Part shown: positions 21,691-36,272 of the stretch, in pieces
Numbering within the stretch: the first letter of the stretch is position 1
Layout: every line of letters begins with the position of its first letter
Origin: Eukaryota sp. GEM-RC1
Lineage: Eukaryota
DNA length: 64,000 bases
Assembly (NCBI GenBank): GCA_040285855.1
Contig: JAUFOQ010000006.1
Coordinates: 2,294,001-2,358,000 of the forward strand
Direction of reading: 5' to 3'
Translations under genes and position numbers: made by a program
Notes under the pieces: generated by a model
Told to the model about the DNA's origin: nothing
Seen by the model: the letters and a program-made list of their open reading frames with translations, nothing else
The model's database searches: none

Positions 21691-24600
21691 TTTGATCCAT
21701 TACATTTATAATAAAAGAAAATTGTGCTAAAAAAATACTCATAAGTTACAACTTAATCCTTACAAATGTAGTAAAATCATCCGATATCATTGAATAACAG
21801 TTTCTAGTACAGTAGCTAAGATCTGGAGGTGTTCTAATTGGGTTAGAGCAAGACAATTGAACCCGAACCTATTAGGTTGGAACCTGACTGGAACCTAAAC
21901 CTCTTATCTCAGAACCTGGCTGGAGCCTGAACCTGTGGGGTTAGAACCTGGGAACTTTTAGAACCCGACTTTAATAAGATACAATAAAAAAACGTATATC
22001 GATGAAGGGCACAAAAATCAATATGAAAATAAAAGCCATGAAACACTAGACACATCTCTGACAGCATTATGAAGAACAGAACGAAACTGAATAAATTTGG
22101 TGTAAATAATTTCATGTCTAAAAGTTGCATTGTGACGATGGCTACATACACATTCAGAATTTTTGAGTAATTCAGCAGAAAACAAAGCTCAACCTAATAG
22201 CATATAATGAATTAGTTTTTATTTGTGCCATAAAATACTGAAGAAAAGACACCAAACCCAATTATAGTTATACATCCAGTTTGATTGTGATGATGATTGT
22301 CTTGGTGGATTCGGAGGAGGAGCAGGCGAAGGGGAAGAGTCGACGTGAAGAGGTTCTACGTCAGGTGCATCAATATTACTCATAGGGGAAAGATATGATT
22401 TATCAATTTTACGAATATAACAAAGTTGAACATACTAAATGAAGGAAAAAGGGGTTCGAGGTTCTAACCTGGAACCTTAGTGTTGGGAACCTAACTGCAA
22501 CCGGAACCTGGATCTTCAGAACCTAACCGGAACCGGAACCTCAGTGTTGGGAACCTGACTGGAACCTAACCTGGAACCTGGGTCCGAACCCAGGTTAGAA
22601 CCCGAACCTGGACAGTCCTAGAATATACAAACCGCTAGCACACTCATAATTGTGATCATTACTGATAAAATTGGTTCATATCTTCAGAATCTTCCTTATA
22701 TTAATAACTGTTGTTCCACAGTGAAGGAACGTCATTTCAGTGACTTTAAACTGAATCTTTCAATTTACAATTACTCAAAAACTTCTTACAGCATACGTAC
22801 AATGCTACCAAATTACTTTCAGGCTCGCAGTACATTACAGTTCCCATGATGACTAGTGTCTGAAACAAATGCACATCACAGATACTCACCCCCTCTGCGT
22901 CATCACCTGAATGGCTGAAAAATGCTTGTAACGTTACATGTCTTTTGGTTAACAAGTATCATCCTTTTGTACTTTTGTGTATGATATGACAACTTTCATA
23001 TCAATGTTCTTTGATCCACGTTTTGCTTGGATGAATATGGTAGCTACTATGAGAACTGAATCATACTTTCCGACATTTAAAGCAATGTACCATTTAAAGA
23101 AGGAAGATCATCTAAACGCTGGTCTAGCGTACAGAACAATAGCATTGACGATGACGGTGCTGTTCATAACGATGTCATTGTTGTTGAAGACGAGAGTAAT
23201 GTTGATGCTGTCTTTGACGACGATGATTCCGATCAGGATGTGTTTTTAGAATCTCTTCAAAGTCAATTACAGCTATGAATTTGTTGATTGTAGTGATGAC
23301 GAAAACGATGAATATGCTCCTTCTTTAGATTCATAAGACCTAAAGGTGCTCATCAACCTTTGTACTATAAAAACAGTAGTTTTTGAGGAGTTTCTACAAT
23401 AAAAACAACTATTCAAATTGATTTTTTTATTCGAACCGAAAAATATCGGTTTGGCTCGGCTTCAAGTCGACTTGTCACTTTGGTTCGGCTTACTCAAATG
23501 GTTCAAGCCAAAGCCGAACCAGTTTGGAATTTTACAAGCCAAACCATTCGGCTCAAGCCGTTGACAGCTCTACCACATTCCTTATATTATTTGTACCAAT
23601 GGTTGCAAAATTTCTCGGAGATTTATTGAAGAGAAAATCACAAAATTCGAACAATCTATTCCTAAAGAATTACTCGAGTATGCTGATTATATTCCATTTG
23701 ATTTGATATACGAATCAATTAATATTTTCCTCACAGTAATTGCGAAAGGTATTATAAATCTTTCGTATTATCCTCTACAAGGGAAAACTTATTCTTTAGA
23801 TTATGGTTCAATTGTTAAAATTTATGCAATGTGTACGAATCCAAATACTTATGAAGCTTTTAAATTTTTAATAAATAAACAACAAGAACTTTCAATTACA
23901 TTTATTTAATAACAATGGTATTTCACCATATGGGAGTTTTAATTTTACCATTCACAAGTACATTGTACCAGCAATGTAAAAATATCTTATTGTTATCTTA
24001 TTGTTTTTCTGACATTCAACAATAAATATATTGTCTGGATTGATATCTTATCTTATTTATTGGTTATCTTGAGTCAAAACAATAAATATATCTTCAATAA
24101 CGACAGTAACAAATCACTAAGAACAAGAATAATTTCATCACATTCATCAACTGTAGCCTGATTGGATTGAGGTGTGAGGTACTAGTACTTTATTAAAGTT
24201 TACCAATAGAAGTTTGATCCCATAGATCAACATTGTACAACAAGAAAAGTTGCTTTCCTAACGCTTTTGAGTTCAGATTTGGTTTAGTGTTTCCTGAAGT
24301 CCTTCTGAGCTAGACTGAAAAGCATCCCATCTTCAATTCTAGTTGCAGGTATCCAACTTAAATCTATCTACTGTCGATCTTGATTAGTTCGTTGCTGTTT
24401 ACGTTTGTTCAATCTTTTATTTAAGCCAATGGTTCTCTGTTACCTTGGAGTGCAAACGCTTCAACACAATCCTACTTTATTCTAAATTGACATCAAGAAA
24501 AAATCAGGTTACAACAAGAAAAAGAACGTTCTTGAATTATCTTATCTTATTGAAATATATCGTATATTGTTGAGTTTTGACGATAAATATATTGTTGAGA

Positions 24601-27059
24601 GAGATGTCCACAATAAGATAACAATAAATATATTTATTGTTATTGTACAATATATATATTTATTTTACATTCCTGCATTGTACATCCATTTACGATTTGT
24701 TAGTACATACACCATCTTAAATGATCCACATCTACTCTGGAACTACAAAAATGTAGAAAAAGATGATAAATGATTCTGGAGAAATTGTTTGCTGCTGCAC
24801 AATTCCATCATAACCCATGAGTTCTCCAGAAAAACCCTTGAGGCTATAGAATATGCCAAGATTGCCAACTTCTACTTAAGGCTGGCTTATTCAGCCACAA
24901 CCCCTCTAAAAGCTGAGCACAGAGATATGCCTGTTGCGTGGAAATGCGTTAAGCATAGCAAACGTAGACGTAGTGTGATTAATATAGATATTTTTCATTT
25001 TTTTTGTAATAAGTATAGTTGTGTAATAAGTCGTGGATTTAGACATTCTCTTCACTTATCGAATATATATTTATCGGTTCATGGTACAATAGTCGTTAAA
25101 TATACAAGATATATTTCCTGACAATAGATTTATCGAAGTTGCCTAACAAAAGATGAAGAAAATATATTGGTAATATACACTGCTGACATCTACTAATATA
25201 TCTAACAAATATTCACGCACAATTGAAGGTATTTTAGTGCTGATTAAAAAAATACAAAAAATTCTAATTGAAGTACACGTTTCCAGAAAAAATACAATAC
25301 ATAATACAGAAAAAATACTGATTACAAACAAATATAGTATTTTGTATTTTACAACTAGAAAGTCTTATTGCGTTTTGCGGTAGAGAAAACAAAGAAAGCC
25401 CTAGCAACTAATTTAAAAAAAATGGGTAAAAATAGGATGAACAAACGATTTGATCATACATCATGGTTGAATCGGAACGTTTTCACTGTTTTTAAAACAA
25501 TTCCCCTAATCATCTCCAAAGCTTTATTAGCATCATCTCCAAAGCTTTATTAGCAGTGAATTCCTTTTATGAGGACAAAGCTGTTGTAAGGTTCGATAGC
25601 GACGGGTGTTGTTTTAATGATATCAAACTTTAGTTGTTTGATCCATTACATTTATAATAAAAGAAAATTGTGCTAAAAAAATACTCATAAGTTACAACTT
25701 AATCCTTACAAATGTAGTAAAATCATCCGATATCATTGAATAACAGTTTCTAGTACAGTAGCTAAGATCTGGAGGTGTTCTAATTGGGTTAGAGCAAGAC
25801 AATTGATCATGAAAGAATGTAAATTTATTAGATGTATGTACACTGTAGTGTTGTTGTCTATTACTTTTAGAATAAATAATTTTATACAAAAAAAAAGAAT
25901 GTAAATTGATGACTTCTGCCTGAAAAGATTTAACAATAGGTATCGTATTTAGATGTTGAATAGAAGTGAAGTACAATGTGGTGTTGGGTTAACACATAAC
26001 TGATTAAAACACTTCAAAAACACGCCGGACAGGCCATCAGCCATACGCGTATGGCCCGTATGGCAGTCAAAAAATTGCATTATTTGATAGAGGTATCTGG
26101 AATGAAGGTCAACTTAATGTAGATCTTCAAGAAATAGTCCGAAATCACCGATCATACTTTGAAGGCAACGAAAGTTCTACCGGTGATGACGAATGAATTG
26201 TGGTTAAGTACATGTACTGTTGATACCGTTTGGCAACAAAGGGTAGGGATTATAATTTTATAGGGATAAAAATCATTCCTTAGGTGAGATTATTTTTCAA
26301 CTCGGAAAATTAGTCTCCGTGAGATTATTTTTCATCGAACATAAATTAGTCTCAGTTGGAAATTAGTCTCAGGGAGACTAATTTATGTATAGACCATTTT
26401 GAAACTAGGTTATGAATTAGTCTCACTGAGACTAATTGTTGTGACCAGTGTAGCTCTTCCCTAATACTAGCCATGACGGGGTAGGGTAGTAACGGTTTTT
26501 CGCAGGCTAATATTAGGTAAATTAGAGTACGTGCTGGTGTATTTAATTCGTGCCGTTGTTATTTGCTGTCATATAATAGCCTCCTGATTTGAAAGAAATA
26601 TATCTATTTCAATACTGTTTCAGATTACTCATAAAAAATTGTCAGCATCGCCATTTTCTTATACATCTTATAATCGTCAAAAAATCAAATCTTGTGCTTT
26701 TAAAGCCAGTTATGTTTTTAATAAATCTAGATATTATCTAGATTTTTTGCTACAAGAAATAATGCAACAATTTGCTGCGTACAAATAGTCTAAACTCCAT
26801 TTCATCCCCATCAACGATTTCATTTTGTTCAGACAAGTAGGATTGGCAAGCAATTCTAATATTGTTCACATTCCATAGATCTTTTGTGTAGTGCAGTCAT
26901 AACTTGCTCAAGTCTTTCTGATGATAAACAAAATCGATTTTGGTCCATACAAAAAGTATAATTGTACATGACTTTTATAGAATAAAAAAAGATATTTTTA
27001 AAAGTGATTTTTGAGACAGCATCGTCAACAAAAATTGATCTCATAGAGACGCATAATGG

Positions 27060-28927
27060 TTATTGAACAGAAAGAAGAGTCTCCCGTTGGTAGTTTGTGA
27101 GTATAGTCCTCTTTGTTCCAGAAACACGAATAATAGGGACATTTTGCTTATTTTTAACAGGCAACTGAATACCAGGAACGACGTCGGCTACAGAACCCTT
27201 CCAAATGAATTTTTCGTTCCATTGATGACTAATTGAACAATGCTGAAAAATTTGGACATTCACTTCACCAAGTTGATTATCACCAGATTCAGCACATAGA
27301 TCAAAATGAAATTTACAAGATTTTGTGAATTCAGGGACTGTTTGTGTTTGCTCATAGAGATCACCGTTAAGAGTGAGACCAAATTTGATAGTCAGTTGTG
27401 TTTCACGAACAAAATGATTCAAAGGTTCAATTTCGACGGTGAAGACAACCTCATGGGCACCGCCCGGAACTGGTTTATGGATATCTTGTTCGTGTTTTGA
27501 TACTAAAACCGGCATCCGTTCAGAAATTCCATTTCCACTCGTAGTATTGTTAGATGGATGATGTGAACTGTGGTTGATTGGTAGAGAATCAGGGTCACGA
27601 GGAGCGTCCTGGACACAACTTCGATCACGAGAAATTCCATTCGAATAAAGTAGACGATCAGCACCAAGTTCTTCTATAGGTGTTCCAGAAACGATTAATT
27701 GAGTTTGTTCGGTTTTCTCTTCATGTGGTTCAGCTCCAGTATGTGTTAAAACTACATTTTGAGGTCTCAGGTGTTTAACATTTGACGGATCTTTCCATCG
27801 TAGTCCTCCAAGAGCAACATCAGTGTTAGGATCCAGTATACAAGCCAAAGGTGCTTTAAAAGCCGATCGCATCCGTTCTCTAACTGAATGAAGAGCTGCT
27901 AACCTTCCAACTGGAACAACTTTGGTAACAAATTGTGACTGTACATATTTGGCTTGTTCCTCAAGCAGCTTAACAAAGTTCTCTCGAAATGCCTCCAATT
28001 TCCCAGAAAGATCTTTCAAGAAACTGTCAAGCACTGAAGGTGGAACATCTTCCTCAAAGTCACCATTTGGATAAAAGTCTTCTACCAAAACTGACATCCT
28101 AGTTTTAGTTTTAGCTTTATTACATGCCAAAAGTAATTTCATCTTGGATCTTTCATTCATTGTGACACGGATTTTTTCATCAATTTTAGTTAAGCAGTAC
28201 TCATACAAAGCTTGGTCAACTTTATCAGCACCCATCCACCACTCTTCAGAATGAATGATATTAATGCCAGATGGTTGATGGAGAAAGACAACAGCTTTGG
28301 TAAGTAAATGACCAACATCTACAATGACGACGGTTTCAAGTTGAGAGGGTGCAGGGGCTTTAAATAGATAAGAAGCTACAAGAGCTTCCAGAGTAGATAC
28401 AACAGTGATATCAGGATAGCCAAGTTTATGGAATGTATCAAGAAGAACATTTTGATGTTGGACAGGTAGACTTTGAGGAAGTACCAATGATGATATGTCA
28501 AAAGGGGAATTGATGCAATGATTCAGTTCAAGTATAATGTGTTCTACAAGAGGAATAAGGAGTTCTGTGTGTGTGAGATTTTTACAAACACTATTCACAT
28601 TTACGGAGAAGACAAGACCGTCATTGATCTGGCTGACATTTCCCATAAGGACAGAAGTAAAAGGAAGATGTAAGGGTTTGGGGGAAGATTCTTCTGTGAC
28701 TTCAGTGGGGACAATGTGTGTAACAGACACAAAACAGTTTTTAGCATGCTTCTTGACTTTGGATTCGGCATTTTGAGCTGTGAAAAAGACCCCAGTTCTT
28801 TAACAACGACATTAGAAAGGAACATAGCATCGGTACTTGTTTGTAAACTAGTATCTCGATTATCCACGTCATTTCTCACCGCGAGGACGATGCCGTAGGA
28901 TCCCAGATCTAAAGAAACATGATACAT
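27060..28927 (-). CDS. Degenerate Hsp70/Hsp110-like NBD + variable C-terminal domain (partner, pair 2); one apparent frameshift near 28785
   Basis: MYHVSLDLGSYG start, followed by a 556-aa ORF with VIVDVGHLLTK, MGADKVDQAL, VVPVGRLAAL and LDPNTDVALGG. Confidence 0.82.
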
Positions 28928-28966
28928 GTAAGAATGATGAAATTTCTACAGTGTTCACTAAAAGAA

Positions 28967-30546
28967 ATGTATTCATCGTATGTTCTTGGGATCGATCTTG
29001 GAACAACAAACTCTTGTGCTGCTGTTTATCGTCAAAACGAGAACCAGACGGCAGTCTCACATCTCACATCACTGAAGTTCTGACAGATTTCGACTCAGCT
29101 GAAATACTTGTTCCATCTATTGTCTCCTTCGCTTCCCAGAATTGTGTCGTCGGTGTCAATGCTCGAGATACTATGAAGAAACACCCTGATCAAACTGTTT
29201 TTGAGATTAAGCGTTGTATTGGGCGACGTTTTAATGATGAAGTTGTTCAACACATGAAAACCAGATATCCTTTCAGAATTGTAGAACTAAGTGATGGATT
29301 CACTGGTATTAGAGTGAATGACCAAACTTACAGACCCGAAGAAATCAGTGCGAGAGTCTTATCTCACATCAGAACTAACGCTATCAATGCCCTGGGAGAG
29401 TCTAACATCACGAAAACTGTCATCACTGTCCCTGCTTATTTCAATGATGATCAACGTCAAGCAACAAAGAGAGCTGCTGAAATTGCCGGCTTTGAGGAAA
29501 TCACCCTCGTCAACGAACCAACTGCTGCTGCTCTATCTCTAAAACAAGAAGATCCTTCGTCAATCGGCAAGCGAGTTCTCGTATTTGATTTTTGGTGGTG
29601 GTACCTTTGATGTATCTATTGTAGATATTAAAAGCGATGACATTACTGTCATTGGAACTCATGGCTCTACCAACTTAGGTGGGGCAAATATCGATCAAGA
29701 CATAGTAGACCATGTTATGAAAAACTGGACTACTGACAATAACCGTTATTCCTTACCAACTGAAAGAAGAAAGTCTTATTGCGTTTTGCGGTAGAGAAAG
29801 CAAAGAAAGCCCTAACAACTAGAAATAAGGCTGAAATAGAAGTTGAGAACTTTGCTTCTGGAAATGATCTTGAACTTGTCCTAACTAAAGACCGTTTTGA
29901 TGCTATTTGTGCTCCTTACATTTACCAGATGCTTATCAATTATTGAGGAACTTCTTCAATCCATCCGTCTTCAATCTTCTGCCATCGACTACGTCCAACT
30001 TGTAGGAGGATCTTCTCGTATAAGAAAGGTTCAAGAAATGCTTGAACTTAAGTTTCCTGGTAAGCTCAGAAAAACTCTCAATCCTGACCAATCCGTAGCC
30101 GCCGGTGCGTCTGCCTTTTCCATCACATTCTTCATGATGTTACTCCTCATAGTTTAGGCACTGCTATCAAATCTCAATCCGAAACCAATGAAGTAAGTAC
30201 CATGAGTGTTATCATTCCAAGGCATTCCAGTATTCCTTGCAAGTTCTGTGAAACTTACGTGACTGTGCATGATTATCAAACTTCAATTACTATCAATGTG
30301 TATCAAGGTGAGGCCTCGATTGTGACTCTAAACACCTTTCTTGCACGCTTTAGGATAACTAATCTACCTTCCCTTCCAGCAGGAGAAGCCCAAATATCTA
30401 CTACAATGATCATTGATTCAGATGGAATATTACATGTCGAAACTGAAGATCTTCACAACAAAACAAACTCGGCTTCAATCAAAATTGAAAGACTTCAAAG
30501 TCAATTCCGGTTCAGTCGGCAACTCGACTCTGCTTCTAAACGTTAA
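28967..30546 (+). CDS. hsp70: Divergent lidless Hsp70 (pair 2); several homopolymer frameshifts
   Basis: ATG at 28967 (MYSSYVLGIDLGTTNS). The same motif set as pair 1 is spread over ORFs 28951, 29585, 29897 and 30202. Confidence 0.88.
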
Positions 30547-30901
30547 CATTACACTTCGTGTATTTGCAGATGACCGAATCACACGATTTGTTGTAATTTT
30601 AAGATTTTTAGACACTGGTTTAACATACTCTGTAATACAAAACGTATAAATTGATATTATTGAACTCTTTGGAGGACTTAGTTCAAGGTTTGCCTATTGA
30701 AGTTTGGAACAAAAGTTTCCCGAAAAGTGTTTCATCTATTCCTGATCGGTCAATTGAATTTCTACCTCTTGCTGTAGTTAAGTTACAGAATGCTACATTA
30801 CTTGGGTTGGAAGACTTGGATTTTAGTAAAAGACTTAGTGTGACTAAGATTGATAATCCCGTCTTTGCAGCTTTTTTATGTGACATTCAACAATGTTCTA
30901 G

Positions 30902-30986
30902 TGATGCTTTATGTAAGGTACGGACATACAAGAAGTGAAATTAAGATGGTTTACAATCTATGATTCTCATACTTTGATAATCTACA
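30902..30986 (-). repeat. 3' LTR, 85 bp (duplicate 59198-59282)
   Basis: Two mismatches to 36273-36357, TG...CA ends, and preceded on the minus strand by the PPT GAAGAAGGAGAAGAAG. Confidence 0.85.
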
Positions 30987-33900
30987 CTACTTCTTCTCCT
31001 TCTTCGAACCAGTTCTTCTTCGAGTTCTGTTAGCTATGGGAGTCTTGTCAGGATTGGCTTTTGAGGATGATCTCTTTCTCTGGTCTATACAAGGATTATT
31101 ATTGTTTTTCTTAAACGCCATAAATGCCTTAGTGTTTTTAATACTTGAAGTAGCAACTGCAGTGATATCTCCTCCATACCATAATACAGAACACATTGGG
31201 CCTTCAGGTGAGTCGAATTGATCCAACACTTCTGTGATGACATGTTCTTCCTTATCACCAGCTGCAACTTGTTGGTGGATGCCATGATCTGATGGAAGGT
31301 CAGAATGGTAGCGTTTGCATTGATGTACACTAGCTTGGGATTCAATGCCTGATACAAGGTTCTTGATTGTCAAGGATGATGATGAAAGGAGCTCGATGAC
31401 CAGGAATGGGCCAGAGTGTTTGCCATGAAGCTTTGTAGCAGTCTTAGAGGATCTGAGGATCAGATCGCCAATTTCAAATGGATTTGATTTATTGGACTTA
31501 GGGGGTCTCTTTGAGGATTGATTGATACTTGCTGATTCTTGCCTTTCCCGGATTCTCTCGTTTTTTTTGAAGGTCTTCGATAAAAGGGATACTTAAATTG
31601 GAAGCTTCGAGGGCCCAAAAGAGGACCCAAACATTAGTTCATAACGGGTGTGTTCAGTGTAACGATTCTTTGTTGCGTTTAGCTGGAGTTGTACGAAGGG
31701 AAGGTATTCGGTCCAGTTGTCGAATGTTCCAAAGTCGATTAGGAAACGTTGAAGATTTCTTAAGACATCGCGATGACGTCTCTCGACTAACCCGTTAGAT
31801 TGAGAAAAGTGGGGGATGGATGTTGTGTTATCAATTGCCAGCAGTTGACAGACTGCGTTGAATGTTGCGTTGACAAATTCAGGACCGTTGTCGTTGTGGA
31901 TGGAGTAGGGGATACTGAATATACCACAGACGTTGAACACGAGTGCATATGCAACTGAGTGAGGGATTTGATCCCTTTGACAGGGTATGTCTTTTGGCAT
32001 GAGGGACAGCTCTTGATATGATTGACTAGATCGTCTTTCGTGTTGGGCCACCAGTAGTCGCTGTCGTTAAGGTTTTTAACTGATGTTGCTATACTGGGAT
32101 GACCAGATTGTACTAATCCATGGGTGTTGAGCAAGGCTGATTTCCTGAGGGACAAGGGGATCAGGATTTTCTTGTCGTTGGTTAGATATAACTGTACTCT
32201 ATCGTTGAATGTTGTGTTGTTGAAGAGGGTTCGTTTGACTCAATCGCTTTGAATTGTTCGGAACGGATTCTGCTCAACCAATTGCTGAAGATTGGGAGAT
32301 CTCTTTGTGCAACTTCACGGAGACTGTTAATTGAGGGGGAGATCGGTGTGATCAATTCTTGTAACGGCTACTGGATCATCAGTAGGTTGTGCAGCGGATT
32401 GCTGGGTGGGAGATTGGTGAGGACATAACCGTGAGAGCATGTCTGCCCAGTGGTTGTCAACTCCAGATGTGTGTACGATGTCGAATTGGTATTCTGAAAT
32501 AACGAAGAGCCATCTTTTAACCATTCTGTTTTTATCGCTTCACGAAATGAGGTATGCTAGGTTCTTGTGATCTGTGAAGATTGTAAGGTGCCTAGTCTTG
32601 AGGAAGTTGGCCAGACTCGACTCAGTCAAGATGATGAGGATGGCGTAAAGCTCTTCTGGATGGTCGCTTAGTTGAGCTGTGAATCGGACAGTATACGGCT
32701 GATGAAACTAATAGGTTGAACCTTTCGTTTAATCAATGGTGTACCTGGTGGACTTGAAGACATTTCGTTCCAGATGACACCTCCAACAGCAAGGTCAGAA
32801 GCGTCTGCGCTAATGAGGATGTTACTATTGGGGCCAGGAAGGTCGAGTGGTATTTGATGGACTATCAAATTTTTGATTGAATCAAAAGCTCGTTGGTGTT
32901 TGTGTTCCCATTTTACGCCTTTCGGTTTTCCTTTGGTCAGGGCGATAATTGGGGCTAACAATTGGGAGATTCCTGGTAACCAGTCTCTGATGTAGTTGAT
33001 TGAACCTACGAGGCTTCTTACGTCTTTCACTGTCTTAGGATTTGGAATTTCAAGGACAGCTTTGATTCTGACATCATCGATTAATCTGGTTTTGTTGTGG
33101 AAGATACTGCCTAATATCTTGATTGGGTGTTTGTGGGTTACAAACTTGCACTTGTGGATGCCGAGGGTTACTCTAGCGGATTGTGCTTTATTGAAAACTG
33201 CTCGAAGTCGAGTTATAAATTCATCGAACACTGAAGCTATAACTATGATATCATCTAGATAGATGAAGACTCCATCCATTGCGAAGATCTCTGTCATCAG
33301 GTTTTGAAAAATTGCTGGTACATTTTTCAGGCCGAATGGAGCTCTTGTGAACTTGATTGTTCTGCCAGGGATTGTTAAAGCAGTTTTGTCCATATCTTTT
33401 GGAGCAACTTTGAGTTGCCAAAAGGCCTTGGGGAGATCGAGGGTTGCAATGAAGTTTGCTGCTGGTAAGAATGTGATCACGTCAGCGATGTTGGGCAGGT
33501 CGGATGCTATCGGGACTGTTGAATCGTTAACACCTCCTGTTCCGCTGTAGTCTCCAGTCAGACGTGGTTTCCTATGATCAGGGTACGTGACGAGTACTAC
33601 AGGGCTTGAGAACTTAGATTGTGGGGATGACACGGCGAAACCTTGTTCGATAAGTTCGTCAAAGATGCCATTGGCGATCTTTAGCTTCTCAGGATTGAAG
33701 TAGCGTGGTTTCCTCTTGACGACAGTTGATTCGTCGTGGAAGGGTATTTCCATTGGGGGACAATCTATTCCATCGGGATGATGATGAGGAGTCGACTGGA
33801 ATATGATCCTGAATTCTTCTAAGAGGGATGTGAGCTCTTCCTTTAGAAGTTGATTCTCTTGTTCGATTCTGCAACCGGATTCAACTGGGTTGAATGATGT

Positions 33901-34698
33901 GGAATGATCGGTGTGTCTGGACCTCACTGGCGGGTGTGTGCTCATTAGGTGATCGAATTCCGATTCATCTTTCAAGATGGTGTTATGTTCTTTATCTAGT
34001 CTGATGACTGAACTGTCCGCTGTCAACAGCCCTAATTTGTTTAATAAATCGGTTCCGATGAGCATTGTTTTATTACCGGTAACAATCGGGAAGGAGTGAT
34101 CTATATAAACTAGGTTAGCTGCGTTATTGAGCTGGAACGTAAGAACACCTTTGGCTGTGCCTAAGGACGATGTACGGGTGCCATTTGCAGTGATGTAGGA
34201 GATTGTTTCCTGTGAGGTGTTCATCTTGCAGAGATCGACTAAGTCTTGAGTGATGACGGAGACTTGTGCGCCTGGATCTATGGTTCCGGATATTGAAACA
34301 TCGTTAACAGACATGCTCAGGGCAATAAATTTGTCTTGGTTGTTGCGATTTATACTCGTAATCTGGGGTGTATCATTGAGGATGTCTTTGATAGGATTGT
34401 TGAGTGTGGAAACAGATGGTGAGGTGTCAATAAAGATCGGATTATGATCGGATTTATTGATTCTACAGTGTGAGATCCTACGCTTACGATTTCCTGCACT
34501 ATCAGTTACAGGGGTGACGATTTACAGCTCGGAAATGAATACATGTCAGTGGGGTGTATTGGTTCCATACAGTATTTTCATACATTTGGGGCGCCATTAC
34601 TACTGAACTTGTGAGTTGTAGAGTTAGAAGGTCTGTTATGCTTCTGGGGATTGGAGGGGGTTTTACTTCAAATGGTGCGACGGATTTGTCGATTGGAT

Positions 34699-34811
34699 CA
34701 TTGACGGAGTGTATATCACTAACAGCGAGTAACAATGTGTTGGGATTCAATATGTTGTCATTGACGGAGTGTGTATCACTAACAGCGAGTAACAATGTGT
34801 TGGGATTCAAC
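34699..34811. repeat. 60-bp tandem repeat, about 2 copies, inside the gypsy gag-pol spacer
   Basis: CATTGACGGAGTGT(A/G)TATCACTAACAGCGAGTAACAATGTGTTGGGATTCAA repeated at period 60. Confidence 0.9.
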
Positions 34812-36272
34812 ATGATGTCAACGAAGGGTTTGGAACTTTGGAAAACCTGATGTTAGGTACACCATTGTTGTAATCTGAAGGGGCTCATATCTTTATAGAA
34901 TCGATCGAGTTGGTGACGATGGGGATACCAAAGTTAGTTGGAATTAGACTGAAAGTCATGGTTGTCCTTGAAAAACGTAATTTCATCATTGTGAACAATG
35001 ATTGGGTTTCAAACTGAATTGGACGTCGTAAAAACAACAGAATTTATCATTGAACAGTCGAAACTGGTATTAAACACAGTACTTTTTATGAGGTTGACAG
35101 ACAAAAATGGAATTTGATGGGAAAGATTATGCTAGAGCGGTTGGGATATCGAAACCGGTCATCAACAGAGAAAACATTGTAGGAGTTTTGTCTGCTTCAT
35201 CGGGATGGGATTGGTTGAATCATTTGAGCTTGTTTTATAGCAAAAATCTGAAACATAGTTCGGGTTGGGGTCCTGTATCATTTTTCAATGAGAAAAGGAT
35301 TAATTTACCATCATCCGTTATAGGAGAGGAAGGCTTGATGACCTTGAACTTGTTTCCACTCATCACGGAAAGAGGTTCCATCATTCATGTAGAAGAGGAA
35401 AAAATGGTGAAGGGTGTTCATTGGTTTTCCATGAGAGGAGTTATGGGATCCATCATCCTTTTCAGGAGAGGAGTGAAGGGTTCCGTCATCTTTTCAGGAG
35501 AGGTTTCTTCAGGATTAGGATTATGTTGTGGAGGGATACTCCATTGGTTTTTTATAAGAGGAGTGAGGGAATCTATCATTCTTTTCAGGAGAGGTTTCTT
35601 CAGAATTTGTTATGGAGGGATACTCCATTGGGTTTCTGTTTCTTTATCGGAAGGGTTTCTCTTCCATTTTTTTAGAAAATGGGGAGGGTTTTAGAGTCAA
35701 GGGAAGATGATCCTTTTGTCCAGGAGCAAGCGATATTCACTTGTCCTTAACCTTCTTGGAGGATGTCCTCGAGGGATTTGTAGTCGAGAATGGTGGATCA
35801 GAAGGGATGCTTCCAATCGAGGTTTCGCATAAGATGATTTCTTATTGGACTTCTGTACACTGGTTGAGTAACTAATGACATTGCTGTCAACAGACATTAT
35901 TACACCCCTATGTGGGTTTGGTTTTGAGGAAGGAACATCCCTCCTGACCAGGAGCAGGAGGAGTTTCTCTGGTCATTGACCTTCTTGAAGGGTTTCTTAG
36001 ATGGGTTAGTCAAGGAAGGTGGATCAGAAGGGATTCTTCTATCCGTTTGTCTTTTTCTGACAACGAGCGAGAGGGACACTCTCGTCGTTAGGATTGAGAA
36101 GGGCATTCTCGTTCTGTTTGTCCTCGGATAGAGGAGGAGGGTTTGAATTCTCACCTTCTTTTTCAGGAGGGACGTCCTTCCCAAGAGAGGTCTTCATCAT
36201 GTATGTTAATGATGGGAGGAAATCCGGAATCTGTAGTTAGTTTTACGTCGGCTTTTTATCGCCAATACGTAT

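Larger units (their letters stand above)
17915..25806 (+). repeat. 3.94-kb direct tandem duplication (17915-21858 / 21859-25806)
   Basis: Identical ORFs at offset 3944-3945. Junction AATTGA|ACCCGAACC at 21860. Present once in copy B. Confidence 0.93.
12954..34310 (+). repeat. Large segmental duplication, copy A (copy B 43839-64000)
   Basis: Identical or near-identical ORFs at offset ~30885 (e.g. 12993/43878, 15722/46608) and later ~28297 (27060/55357, 30987/59283). Confidence 0.95.

Noticed and set aside
26280..26440. AATTAGTCTC / GAGACTAATT direct and inverted repeats (also 54580-54735)
   Set aside because: Look like subterminal repeats of a truncated DNA transposon, but no TIR or TSD could be defined.
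35107..35694. 195-aa plus-strand ORF as an antisense or env-like gene
   Set aside because: It is the antisense shadow of low-complexity repeats within the gypsy element and has no recognisable motif.
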